Source: Candidatus Shapirobacteria bacterium
GTDB lineage: Bacteria > Patescibacteriota > Microgenomatia > UBA12405
Length of the DNA stretch: 64,000 nucleotides
NCBI GenBank assembly: GCA_028704885.1
Contig: JAQWEN010000001.1
Coordinates: forward strand, 109,172 to 173,171
Reading direction: 5' to 3'
Below the pieces are notes generated by a model. It saw only the letters and a list, made by a program, of their open reading frames with translations, was not told the DNA's origin and did not search any database. The position numbers were made by a program, and so were the translations under genes. Positions 49,158 to 58,400 of the stretch are shown piece by piece (within the stretch, counting starts at the first letter, position 1; the number at the start of each line of letters is the position of its first letter).

Positions 49158-49185
49158 AAAAGCCCCCGAAAGGGGGCTTTTTGAT
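49158..49185 (+). terminator. Intrinsic terminator after ppdK
   Basis: aaagccccc-gaaa-gggggcttttt. Confidence 0.7.
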
Positions 49186-49196
49186 ATCATGATTGT

Positions 49197-49739
49197 ATGG
49201 ATTATCACAGAAGATCAATTCGATTGGATGGATTCGATTATTCAAACAATAGATATTATTTTGTGACGGTTTGTTGTCAAAACAGAGAAAAAATATTTGG
49301 TGAAATTGGTGTAGGGGCGGGTCTTGTGCCCGCCCTTATGGAAAATAAAATGATTTTGAATGATGTTGGGATTATGGTGAAAAAAATTATTTTGGAATAT
49401 TTTAATAAAAATAAATTAATTTTTTTGGATGAATTTATTATTATGTCTGATCATATTCATATGATTGTGGTGATTAAAAATAAATTTATAAATAATGATG
49501 TGAACGATGAAATAAATACAAGGGCGGGCACAAGACCCGCCCCTACATTGGGAATGATTATGGGTGAATTTAAATCAATAATTACCAATGAATATATTAA
49601 AAATATAAAAGAAAATAATTGGCCACGTTTTAATAAACGATTGTGGCAACGTAATTATTACGAAAGAATAATTCGCAATGAAAAAGAATATTTAATGATT
49701 AAAAAATATATTAAAGATAACCCTATAAATAAAAAGTAA
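49197..49739 (+). CDS. REP-associated tyrosine transposase (RAYT; IS200/Y1 HUH family) with two in-frame REP-like hairpin insertions
   Basis: 'YYFVTVCCQNRE' and 'SDHIHMIVV' give the HuH motif. 'LWQRNYYERIIRNEKEYL' is the catalytic Tyr region typical of RAYT/TnpA-REP. The segments 'GVGAGLVPAL' and 'TRAGTRPAPT' are encoded by GC-rich palindromes. Confidence 0.75.
   Translation: MDYHRRSIRLDGFDYSNNRYYFVTVCCQNREKIFGEIGVGAGLVPALMENKMILNDVGIMVKKIILEYFNKNKLIFLDEFIIMSDHIHMIVVIKNKFINNDVNDEINTRAGTRPAPTLGMIMGEFKSIITNEYIKNIKENNWPRFNKRLWQRNYYERIIRNEKEYLMIKKYIKDNPINKK
49311..49335. repeat. REP-like GC-rich hairpin (GTAG-gggcggg-tcttgtg-cccgccc) inside the RAYT gene
   Basis: gtaggggcgggtcttgtgcccgccc. Its inverted partner lies at 49523-49546. 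Confidence 0.75.
49523..49546. repeat. REP-like GC-rich hairpin, inverted copy ending ...CTAC; together with 49311-49335 it forms a REPIN-like pair
   Basis: gggcgggcacaagacccgcccctac is the exact reverse complement of the first copy. Confidence 0.75.
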
Positions 49740-49757
49740 TAGTGATAATATTGGGTT

Positions 49758-50060
49758 ATGAACGCAGAAAAACTGGTGAATAGTTTTGAAGAGTATTCAG
49801 AGACAGGGGGACAGTTGAACCAAGAAGGTTTTAATAAAGCAATGGAAATTAGAAAAATAATAAGTGGTCAAAGAGTTAAGGATTTTGGACCATCTTTTCA
49901 TCAAGTAAAAGGAATGGCGGAGAGATATAAAGTAGAAATTACTGAAGAACAAATTAATTTTTATATCTTATTAAGAGAAAGTAATGTTGGTGGTGAAAAT
50001 GGTGGAGTATGTGATAGGGTAATTTTTGATGAAACTCGTCGTTTATTGACTGGAGTATAA
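49758..50060 (+). CDS. Hypothetical protein
   Basis: 100-aa ORF with no recognisable motif. It sits tightly between the RAYT gene and the next ORF. Confidence 0.35.
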   Translation: MNAEKLVNSFEEYSETGGQLNQEGFNKAMEIRKIISGQRVKDFGPSFHQVKGMAERYKVEITEEQINFYILLRESNVGGENGGVCDRVIFDETRRLLTGV

Positions 50061-50067
50061 TTAAATT

Positions 50068-50307
50068 ATGAAAAAAGAAATAAAAACAGCGGAATGCTGC
50101 GAAAAAAAAGATCAAAAAAAATACCGCTGTAATTGCGGTGGAAATAATGGTTCAAATGGAGCTATTTATGGATTAAGCGTAATCGGAGCGCTGTTTTACT
50201 TTTTAAGTAAAGCAACTGGTTTTAGTATGGTGATGGTCGGAATTGGGAAATCAATTTTCTGGCCAGCAGTATTGATGTTTAAATTGCTGACTTATTTAGG
50301 GATGTAA
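50068..50307 (+). CDS. Small Cys-rich membrane protein, hypothetical
   Basis: 'CCEKKDQKKYRCNCGG' is followed by two hydrophobic helices. Confidence 0.35.
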   Translation: MKKEIKTAECCEKKDQKKYRCNCGGNNGSNGAIYGLSVIGALFYFLSKATGFSMVMVGIGKSIFWPAVLMFKLLTYLGM

Positions 50308-51153
50308 TTTTAGTTTTTTGATTTTTTTAATCCCCAAAATTATTCCAGCGATTAGTAACAAAAATAAAATAGGGGAGATGGGGAGGACGTAAAAAGAAGT
50401 ATCAAGAGGCGGGGTATTGAGAGCGGGATTTAAGACAACAGAGACTTTGTAGTGGCCGGGCCAAAGGGGAGGATTAAGGGAACAAGAACTTTCATTTAAA
50501 CAACTGATGTTACGGCTGTGGTGATTTAAAACATTGTCGGGACTTAATTCAAATTCTTTAATGGTTTTATCATTTTTAGTAATGGTAATTTTGCCATTAG
50601 TTTTAAAAAAGAAGTCGGAATTATTTTTAATTTGGCCGTTAATAGTGATGGAATTAAAAAAGACATCTTTTATTTTTGGGGAAATGGAAAAATTTTGAAT
50701 GGCGGATTCGACTTTGGGATTTTCGACATTAGAAACAGTTAATAAAAGATGGGAACCGATTTTGCCGGTGGCTTGGCTAAAATTATCATTAGATTCAATA
50801 GCATTTTGATTTTGAAAAACAAAAAAAGTGTAATAGTTGTCGGATAAGTCGGTATTAGAGTTAGTTTTTATTTTTAAAACTAATTGTTGTTTGGAATGGG
50901 CAGCTAAAGTAAAAGGTTGACCGATTTTAATATCAGAATTAGCCAGAGAAAAATCAATATTAGGATTATTAACGGCTTGATTATAATTAACCGAGCCGTC
51001 GGTACCACTGGGAATCCAAGGTAAAATTTCAGTATTAAGAGTAATTTCGGAATCAGAATTATTGAAAATGTCGTAGGCCTGGACAAGATTAATGCCGGGT
51101 TTTAAAACGTATTCTGATTGAGCTGGAGAGATGGATAAATTAAAGTTAGACAT
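50296..51153 (-). CDS. DUF916/DUF3324-like cell-surface protein (CscA-type), second locus
   Basis: The N-terminal 'SISPAQSEYVLKPGINLVQAYDIFNNSDSEITLNTEILPW' is a beta-rich domain. C-terminal TM 'ISPILFLLLIAGIILGI' then KKIKKLK. Same architecture as 43916..44920. Confidence 0.4.
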   Translation of the reverse strand: MSNFNLSISPAQSEYVLKPGINLVQAYDIFNNSDSEITLNTEILPWIPSGTDGSVNYNQAVNNPNIDFSLANSDIKIGQPFTLAAHSKQQLVLKIKTNSNTDLSDNYYTFFVFQNQNAIESNDNFSQATGKIGSHLLLTVSNVENPKVESAIQNFSISPKIKDVFFNSITINGQIKNNSDFFFKTNGKITITKNDKTIKEFELSPDNVLNHHSRNISCLNESSCSLNPPLWPGHYKVSVVLNPALNTPPLDTSFYVLPISPILFLLLIAGIILGIKKIKKLKLHP

Positions 51154-51161
51154 AGAGGGGT

Positions 51162-51926
51162 TTAATATTTTGGGATGGCGATGTAATTAATAGAATTTTG
51201 ATAAGTGCCGGCAGTTTGATCTGGAGAAATATTAACTTTATAAGTAATCGTGGCGATGTGATCCTTGACGGGAATATTTTCGGACATAATAATTTTGGCA
51301 GTTTCGCCGGCAGAATTATCAGCAAATTGACGGAAATAAGTGGAATTAGAGAAAAAACTAGAAGTACCATCACCACTGCCATTAAGACCAAAACCGTAAG
51401 CGGTACTGCTGGTCCAAACATCTGATGTTGATTCGGAGCAAGTATTAGAATCGCATTTAGTGTCAGGGATAGTAGAATTACCACCAATAGTTTTTAAGGG
51501 ATGATTGGCAATAGTAAGAATGTCATAGCCATGAGCGGTGGGAGTGCTGATGGTTAAAGTATTAGAGACAGTCGAGCCAACGCTAGGAACCAAATTGCCA
51601 AAATTTAAATCAAGATTACTAATTTGAAAAGAGAAAGGAATATTACTTTCGTAGATATATTGAAAACCAGCTTTGACAGTATAACCAGTGCTGTCATATT
51701 GACCGGGAGCATTTTGGCCAACAGAGTCGGTTAGAGTGTAAGTACTAGAAGTTTTTTTGCCACCAGTCATATTAAAGTTACCGAATTCAATATGGAAATT
51801 GTTGGAATCAAAAGTCTGAGCAAATAAGATGTTAGATCGTAGATGATAGATCGTAGATAAAAATAAAAAGGTTATAAAAAAAATAAGGGGTTTTTTATTC
51901 ATCTGATTCTTGATCAATTTGGGCAA
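51162..51926 (-). CDS. WxL-like surface protein (CscB/C-type), second locus
   Basis: Signal peptide. 'FHIEFGNFNMTG'. The Cys pair plus 'DVWTSST'. C-terminal 'AGTYQNSINYIAIPKY'. Paralogous to 44937..46364. Confidence 0.4.
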   Translation of the reverse strand: MPKLIKNQMNKKPLIFFITFLFLSTIYHLRSNILFAQTFDSNNFHIEFGNFNMTGGKKTSSTYTLTDSVGQNAPGQYDSTGYTVKAGFQYIYESNIPFSFQISNLDLNFGNLVPSVGSTVSNTLTISTPTAHGYDILTIANHPLKTIGGNSTIPDTKCDSNTCSESTSDVWTSSTAYGFGLNGSGDGTSSFFSNSTYFRQFADNSAGETAKIIMSENIPVKDHIATITYKVNISPDQTAGTYQNSINYIAIPKY

Positions 51927-52554
51927 TTAATTGTTCGGAAGAATTTAGAAGGGATTTGGCAGAATCTTTAATTTTTTTGGCTTTTTCTTTTTGACTAGGA
52001 GAAATAGAAGAAGATAAAAGTTCTGAACTGCTATCAATAATTTGGCAAAGACCGGTTTTAAGTTTTAAAGAGTGCCAAAGTAAAACATCGGTTTCGTCGG
52101 CAGAAATGATTTGATCATCTTTAATTTTGGCTAAAAATTGTTTGCCGATAAACCAGGCCAGAGGAGTGATTAATAAAAGAGAAGAGAGAGAAATGACAGA
52201 AAGGAAGGAATTGAGTGATTGTGATAGAATTAGAACTAGAAAAAAGGAATAAGAAAGAGTGGTGGTGGCTGGGTTTTGAAAGGCAATGAAAAATAAAAGG
52301 AAATAAATAAGAAAGAAAAAAGGAGAATTTAGGCCGTTGGTGGCGAAGACAATGATGTTGACTAAAAGAGCAATTAAATGAATAGAAAGAGTTTTTTTGG
52401 TGAAATAGAGAATTAGAAGGGTAATTGAGACTAGAGCGATTAATTGGGGAGCAAAATAAAGAAAATTAGAGACGGAAAAAAAGAAGGAAAATAAAGAAAT
52501 TAAAAAAAATAAAATAATACTAATAATCTGAGACATCATTATAGTATTAATCAT
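51895..52554 (-). CDS. Hypothetical polytopic membrane protein with a C-terminal Ser/Glu-rich cytoplasmic tail
   Basis: About five TM helices, then 'ISADETDVLLWHSLKL...KEKAKKIKDSAKSLL'. Confidence 0.4.
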   Translation of the reverse strand: MINTIMMSQIISIILFFLISLFSFFFSVSNFLYFAPQLIALVSITLLILYFTKKTLSIHLIALLVNIIVFATNGLNSPFFFLIYFLLFFIAFQNPATTTLSYSFFLVLILSQSLNSFLSVISLSSLLLITPLAWFIGKQFLAKIKDDQIISADETDVLLWHSLKLKTGLCQIIDSSSELLSSSISPSQKEKAKKIKDSAKSLLNSSEQLIAQIDQESDE

Positions 52555-52601
52555 TTGAGGTTGAGTATCAAGTTTTTGGTCGAAAATGATAAGATTTATT
52601 A

Positions 52602-53213
52602 ATGAGGTTGTTAGAAAAGATACAGAAATTAAAGATTGTAGATGGATTATTGGTGATCGGATTTTTGTTGGTGATTTTAGGAATCGGAATGAATTTTAAA
52701 GATCAGTTTTTGACAAAAGAAGAAACAAAAATAATATCAAAAGATGTTGGTTCTACTAGTAAAAATGATGTACAAGTTGATAGTGAAGTAGTTATTGATA
52801 TATCTGGTGAGGTGGAAAAAACTGGGGTTTATAAACTAAAAAATGGGTCAAGAATTGAAGATGTTTTAATAATGGCGGGAGGATTGAGTGCTAAGGCAGA
52901 TCGAGATTGGGTGGATAAAAATTTAAATAGAGCCGAAAAAGTTTATGATGGACAGAAGATATATATACCTAAAGTTGGGGATAATGTGATGATTAGTAGC
53001 ACCCCGCTGGTGCGGGGTGCTACTGTGGTGAGGCTTAATTCGGCAAGTTTGGAAGAACTGGATAAATTGGATGGAGTTGGTCCAGCAATTGCCCAAAGAA
53101 TTATTGATTATCGAACTGAAAATGGGGGATTTAAAAGTGTGGAGGAAATTAAATTAGTCCCAGGAATTGGCGATAAAATGTTTGAAAAAATAAAAAATGA
53201 AATTCAATTATAA
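52602..53213 (+). CDS. comEA: Competence protein ComEA (SLBB domain plus tandem helix-hairpin-helix)
   Basis: TM anchor. SLBB-like 'VVIDISGEVEKTGVYKLKNGSRIEDVLIMAGG'. HhH pair 'LNSASLEELDKLDGVGPAIAQRIIDYRTENGGFKSVEEIKLVPGIGDKMFEKI'. Confidence 0.85.
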   Translation: MRLLEKIQKLKIVDGLLVIGFLLVILGIGMNFKDQFLTKEETKIISKDVGSTSKNDVQVDSEVVIDISGEVEKTGVYKLKNGSRIEDVLIMAGGLSAKADRDWVDKNLNRAEKVYDGQKIYIPKVGDNVMISSTPLVRGATVVRLNSASLEELDKLDGVGPAIAQRIIDYRTENGGFKSVEEIKLVPGIGDKMFEKIKNEIQL

Positions 53214-53225
53214 ATTTAAGTCAAA

Positions 53226-53302
53226 CTCTCATTACGATTTTTTTACGATCGGCGAATGTGCGTCGCACGTTCGATATCTTAAAAAAATGTAATTTCGACT
53301 TT
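53226..53302. repeat. MITE-like repeat (family 2) with the gaatgtgcgtcgcacgttc core
   Basis: ctctcattacgatttttttacgatcggcgaatgtgcgtcgcacgttcgatatcttaaaaaaatgtaatttcgact. Confidence 0.75.
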
Positions 53303-53319
53303 GACTATTTATTTTTTAA

Positions 53320-53362
53320 GCCCTCCTTGTCAAGGGAGGGTGGTCGAAGACCGGGTGGGTTT
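53320..53362. repeat. RPE-like repeat (family 1), forward-type unit
   Basis: gCCCTCCttgtcaaGGGAGGgtggtcgaagaccgggtgggttt. It lies immediately upstream of the comEC ATG. Confidence 0.65.
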
Positions 53363-53364
53363 AA

Positions 53365-54288
53365 ATGGAAAAATGGAAGAAATATTTAATTTGGTTAGGA
53401 ATATTTTTAGTAGTTATTTTTATATACAAGTTTATAGATAAGCAGGATTTGATACGGGTTATTTTTAAAAATTTACCACCGAGAGAAGCGTCATTAATGG
53501 CGGGAATGGTCTTTGGAGATAAAAATAATTTTGATAAAAATACCATTTTAAATTTTCAGGTGAGTGGGGTAATTCATATTATGGTGGTCAGTGGAACTAA
53601 TATAGTATTAGTGTTTAGAGGTTTAGTAGAAAGAATCGCTAGTTGGATAGGGCGGAAAAGAGCCATAATTTTGGGATTTGGAGTGACTTTGGTTTATATA
53701 AATTGGGTGGGATGGGAAATTCCGGCGGTCAGAGCTTTTTTGTTAATGAGTATTTTTTATTGGGCGCAACTTTTGGGAAGAAAATTTAGCCTATTTAGAG
53801 CCATAATGTTGATTATTTTAATAATGGTTTTGGCCGATTATCGAGTATTTTTGAGCGGCAGTTTTTATTTAAGTTTTGTGGCATTTGGAGCAGTGGTAAT
53901 TAATCTAAATAAGGAAAGAAGATGGTGGAGTGATTTATGGAATTCTTTTTGGGTGTCTCTATGGATTTTGCCGATATTAGTTTTATTTTTTGGAAAAATA
54001 AGCCTGGTGGCGCCATTAACCAATGCTTTAATTTTATTTTTAGTCGAAATAATTACGATTTTGGGGGTTTTGGGAAGTTTAATGGGATTAGTAATTCCGA
54101 TTTTGGGAAAAATTGTTTTATGGATAAGTTATCCATTATTAAAATACATACTATTAATAGTAGATGGGCTTTCCAGTTTTAAATTTGCTAGTATGGAAAT
54201 TAAATTTAATTGGATTTTTTTAGTTGGGTGGTATTTGGTATTAATATGTTTATTTATTAAAAAATCTTCATTACGGAATTTTTTATAA
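53365..54288 (+). CDS. comEC: ComEC membrane ('Competence') domain protein, the N-terminal part of a split comEC
   Basis: 'EASLMAGMVFGDKNNFDKNTILNFQVSGVIHIMVVSGTNIVLVF' matches the ComEC competence-domain signature 'LLlGd.s.l.....F...G..HllaiSGlhv'. Multiple TM helices. The last residues and the stop codon lie inside a family-2 repeat. Confidence 0.7.
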   Translation: MEKWKKYLIWLGIFLVVIFIYKFIDKQDLIRVIFKNLPPREASLMAGMVFGDKNNFDKNTILNFQVSGVIHIMVVSGTNIVLVFRGLVERIASWIGRKRAIILGFGVTLVYINWVGWEIPAVRAFLLMSIFYWAQLLGRKFSLFRAIMLIILIMVLADYRVFLSGSFYLSFVAFGAVVINLNKERRWWSDLWNSFWVSLWILPILVLFFGKISLVAPLTNALILFLVEIITILGVLGSLMGLVIPILGKIVLWISYPLLKYILLIVDGLSSFKFASMEIKFNWIFLVGWYLVLICLFIKKSSLRNFL

Positions 54289-54346
54289 TCGGTGAGATCT
54301 GCGGTGCAGGCTCAATATTATAAAAAATTGTAATTTCAGATTTTTT
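54268..54346. repeat. MITE-like repeat (family 2) lying between the two comEC ORFs
   Basis: tcattacggaattttttataatcggtgagatctgcggtgcaggctcaatattataaaaaattgtaatttcaga. Nearly identical to copy 1 at 13211. Confidence 0.8.
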
Positions 54347-54351
54347 AAATT

Positions 54352-55077
54352 ATGAAAATTAGAATTATTTTATTTGCGTCATTAATAGTTTTAGTGGTTT
54401 TATTTTGGGTGACTTTACCGGCGAAAAAAGTGGAAGTAATATTTTGTGATGTGGGTCAGGGCGATGCGACTTTAGTGACTTATAAAAACTGGCAGATGTT
54501 AATTGACACGGGTCCAAATAATAAAAAAGTGTTGACTTGCTTGAGTCGAAATATGCCGTTTTGGGACAAGACAATTGAATTATTAATGATCACCCATGGA
54601 GATAGTGATCATACCGGAGGATTAACAGATATTTCTAAATATTATAAAATTGAACAAAGTATTTACTCTAAAAATGTGAAACAGTTTGATTTAATTAGGA
54701 CTGATTGGATGACTTTTGAGGTGGTCAATTCTGGGCTGATTGATGATAATGAAAACTCAATCGCAGGTATTTTAAATTATAAAAATACTAAGATTTTTTT
54801 TAGCGGAGATATAACAGCGGAGGTAGAAAAAAAATTAGTGTGGCAAGGAATTTTAAAAGAGTCGGTAGATATTTTAAAGGTGAGTCATCATGGATCGAAA
54901 GACGGAACGAGTGAAGAATTATTAAATGTATTAAAACCGAAATTGGCAGTGATAAGTGTGGGGGCAAAAAATAGATTTGGTCATCCAACTAAAGAGGTAT
55001 TGAACCGCTTAAAAGAAAAAGGAATTGAAATTAAAAGAACTGACCAAGATGGAGAAGTGCATGTAATAGATAATTAA
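54352..55077 (+). CDS. comEC: ComEC C-terminal metallo-beta-lactamase-fold domain protein, the second half of the split comEC
   Basis: 'VIFCDVGQGDATLV', 'ITHGDSDHTGG' and 'VSHHGSKDG' are MBL motifs. 'VISVGAKNRFGHP' is the ComEC C-terminal signature. Confidence 0.75.
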   Translation: MKIRIILFASLIVLVVLFWVTLPAKKVEVIFCDVGQGDATLVTYKNWQMLIDTGPNNKKVLTCLSRNMPFWDKTIELLMITHGDSDHTGGLTDISKYYKIEQSIYSKNVKQFDLIRTDWMTFEVVNSGLIDDNENSIAGILNYKNTKIFFSGDITAEVEKKLVWQGILKESVDILKVSHHGSKDGTSEELLNVLKPKLAVISVGAKNRFGHPTKEVLNRLKEKGIEIKRTDQDGEVHVIDN

Positions 55078-55110
55078 GAACATAAAGAAGTAATAGATTT
55101 ACCCCTTGAT

Positions 55111-55440
55111 ATGGATGTAATAGATGCGCTAGACTGGATCGTGGAGAAGTGGATTTATAAAATTCGCAGATTGAGTTTGAACCAATTAAAGGCGTTGGAG
55201 GTTTTGGTGTCGGATAGAAACGGAATAATTGAAGCGAATGATTCCAGTAAAGAATTAAATCTAAAAGGAAAGAATTTAGGAGGAATATTTTCATCGTTAT
55301 CGAGACAGCAAATTGGAGGAGAAAGTATAATTTTAGCTTGGGGAAGGGCTAAAGGCGGGAGAGGTTTAAGATGGAAGTTGAACGAAAAAATAATAAATAA
55401 AGTAGAACTAAAAAAGTTAATAAAGGAGATTTTAAGATGA
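55111..55440 (+). CDS. Hypothetical small protein; the stop/start overlap (ATGA) shows translational coupling to the downstream giant gene
   Basis: 109-aa ORF. Its stop TGA shares a base with the ATG of 55437..62570. Confidence 0.4.
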   Translation: MDVIDALDWIVEKWIYKIRRLSLNQLKALEVLVSDRNGIIEANDSSKELNLKGKNLGGIFSSLSRQQIGGESIILAWGRAKGGRGLRWKLNEKIINKVELKKLIKEILR

Positions 55441-58400
55441 AATGGAGTAAAGTCTTTTTATTAGCCTGGATATTTTTTATCAGCAGTTTAATTTCGGCTC
55501 GAGTTTTTTATAGTAAATTTAAAACAGTTTTTGCAGCCCAAAAAATAATAACTTCAAGAGTAGATTTTGATTCGGGTTATTTTGAAGGAACGGAGAGTCA
55601 AAGTAAGGAAGGAGATTTGAAATTAAAAGCCAATGGAACTTGGAATCCAATGGTGTTTAAAACCCCAAAAGTGACATTGGTTAACCAATCAGCAATTACG
55701 ACAGATGGAAAAGATGTTTATTTATTGGCTGGAGGCGACAGATATTTTGCTAAATATATTTCAAACGAAGATAGATGGTTAACTTTGGAAAATGCACCTC
55801 ATTTGGTTTCCAATGGAGCAGATTTAGTGATGTTGGGAAACTATATCTATGCAATTTATGGAAGTTATACAAAAAATTTCAGCCGTTATTCAATAGCGAG
55901 CAACAGTTGGGAAGAAAAAAGTGATATGCCAGATTTATCGGCCAATGGATCGACTATTGAAACTGATGGAACTTATATTTATGCCTTAAGAGGAGGTGGA
56001 AATTCTGATTTTTGGAGATATAACCCGTCTAATGATAAGTGGTCTAGCTTAACAGCGCCACCAGCAACGATAAGTTCAGGAGCCAGTTTGGTTTATAAAG
56101 ATGGTTATTTGTATACTGCCAGAGGAGCTTCAACTCAAACTTTTTACAGGTACAACATTAGCAGTGGTGTTTGGTCAATGATGCAAAACATACCGGCGAC
56201 AGTAGGAAGTAATCATAAGTCAACAGTTTTAGGAAATTATATTTATGTAAATAGAGATACTAATACCAATAGTTTTTATCGATTTAATATTGGAACAACA
56301 GCTTGGGAAACAATTGCCAATTTACCACAAACGGCTCAATATGTGGGAGCGGTGGCGGTTGGGGATACAGCCACTGGTTTTGTTTATGTATTTAGAGGAA
56401 ATACTACTTATGATTTTTGGAAATATAATCCTAGAAATAATAGTTTTGTAGGTTTAAATGATTTACCAGGGGCACCAAATACTGGAGCTGATTTACTTTA
56501 TATGAATAATTATGTTTATTTCAGAAGAGGAGCAAGTGTCAATTCGTTTTATCGATATAATACGGCGGTGGGAGGAACTTGGGTAACGATGGCTAATGCG
56601 CCGGCAACTTTTGCGGATGATACCAGGGGAGTAAAGGCGGGAAATTATTTATATTATTTGAGAGGGAGCGGAGCAACAACTTTTTATCGATATGATCCTA
56701 ATAGTGGTGTTGGTGGAACTTGGGCGACAATGTTAGGTACACCAGCAGCTTTGGCGATTGGGGCCGGTGGAGCCTTGGCTTATCCAGGTTCAGGAAATTA
56801 TATTTATGCCACCAGAGGTGGAAGTTTTAAAACTTTTATGAGATATACGATTGGAGTTGGAGAAACTTGGGATGATGCAGTGGCAGCCGACTTACCAGAT
56901 AATGCCGAGAGTGGTTATGGTTCAAGGCTGATAAGTGATGGAACTGATATTTATTATATTTCAGGAAGCGGAATAACAAAAATTTATAAATACACGATTA
57001 TTGATAATACTTGGACTGAATTAGGTAATTTACCTTTTTCGCCTTATTACGGGACAGATATTAGTTATTATAATGGTAAAATTTATGCCCTGGCAGGTAA
57101 TTTGAAGGCTGATTATTGGGAATATACAATTTCGACTAACACTTGGAGATTACTGCCACCAATTCAAAATTATGGATTAACCGAAATTGGGGTTTGGAAT
57201 GGGGGATCGATAGCCGGTGATGGTAATGGAACTTTTTATATTGAAGCGGGGAATAATAATACTAGATTTTTTAGTTATAGCGTGGGAGCAAATAATTATC
57301 CGACCAGTGGAATTTGGACTAGTTCGACTCAAGATCTAAATTATGTTTCCAGTTGGGCACCAATGGGAATAGAAGCGAATCTGCCAAGTGGAAGCGGAGT
57401 AATCTGGGAAACTAGAACCAGCAGCGATCGAATAAATTGGGAAAATTGGAAAACTGGAGTGGGAACAAGTATAACTTCAACTCCAAATAGATATATTCAA
57501 ATAAGAGTAACTTTGACTTCTGACGGCAATCAGAGTCCAACTTTGAATTCAATAAATATTAATTACAATGGTGATATAACGGCGCCGAGCAACCCGACAA
57601 GGGTAGTTGGTTTATCTCAACAGGTGAGTGGAATTGGTTTGACTAACGGTCAAACTTATGCTTATTTAGCACCTCATTTTAATTGGAGCGGAGGATCTGA
57701 CATTCAAACTGGAATATCGGGATATTATGTTTATTTTGGTCCATCAGCTGAGGCTGATCCAGAAATTGAAGGTTCTTTTAGGACTGAGGCAAGTTATTTG
57801 GTAAGTGATCCAATGGAACAAAAAGCTTATTATTTAAGATTAAAAACGGTTGATGGAGCTGGTAATAAAAGTGAAGCAACAACAATTTTTACTTATATTT
57901 ATAACGGAGTATCGCCACCAACAATTTTAAATCAAAGTTTAACAAGTCATTTTGGATTAGGAACAACTAGCAATGTAAATATTAGCAATGATCAAATTAA
58001 ATTGGCGGCTAAGTCAGGATTTTGGCAACAGGAAAGACTAGGTCAATTATCAGGGACGATTAATTACGGGTCTGGTTTTGCTTATTCAGCATCGAGAAAT
58101 AAATTGTATATTTTAAAAGGAAATGCAACTTCTTTTTATCAATATGATTTGAAAACCAATGTGGGGTCAACTTTGGCTAATGCACCGGCAGTGGCTTATC
58201 ATGGTAGTGATTTAGTGGAGGGTCCAAGTGGGTATTTATATGCCTTGAGAGGAAATAATACTAATGGTTTTTGGTGTTATGATTTGGCAAATAATACTTG
58301 GTCTGATGTGATGGCAGCGGATACGCCACAACCAGTTTATTATGGAGGATCTTTGATTTTTGATGGAGATAGATATATTTATGCTTTGAAAGGAAATACG

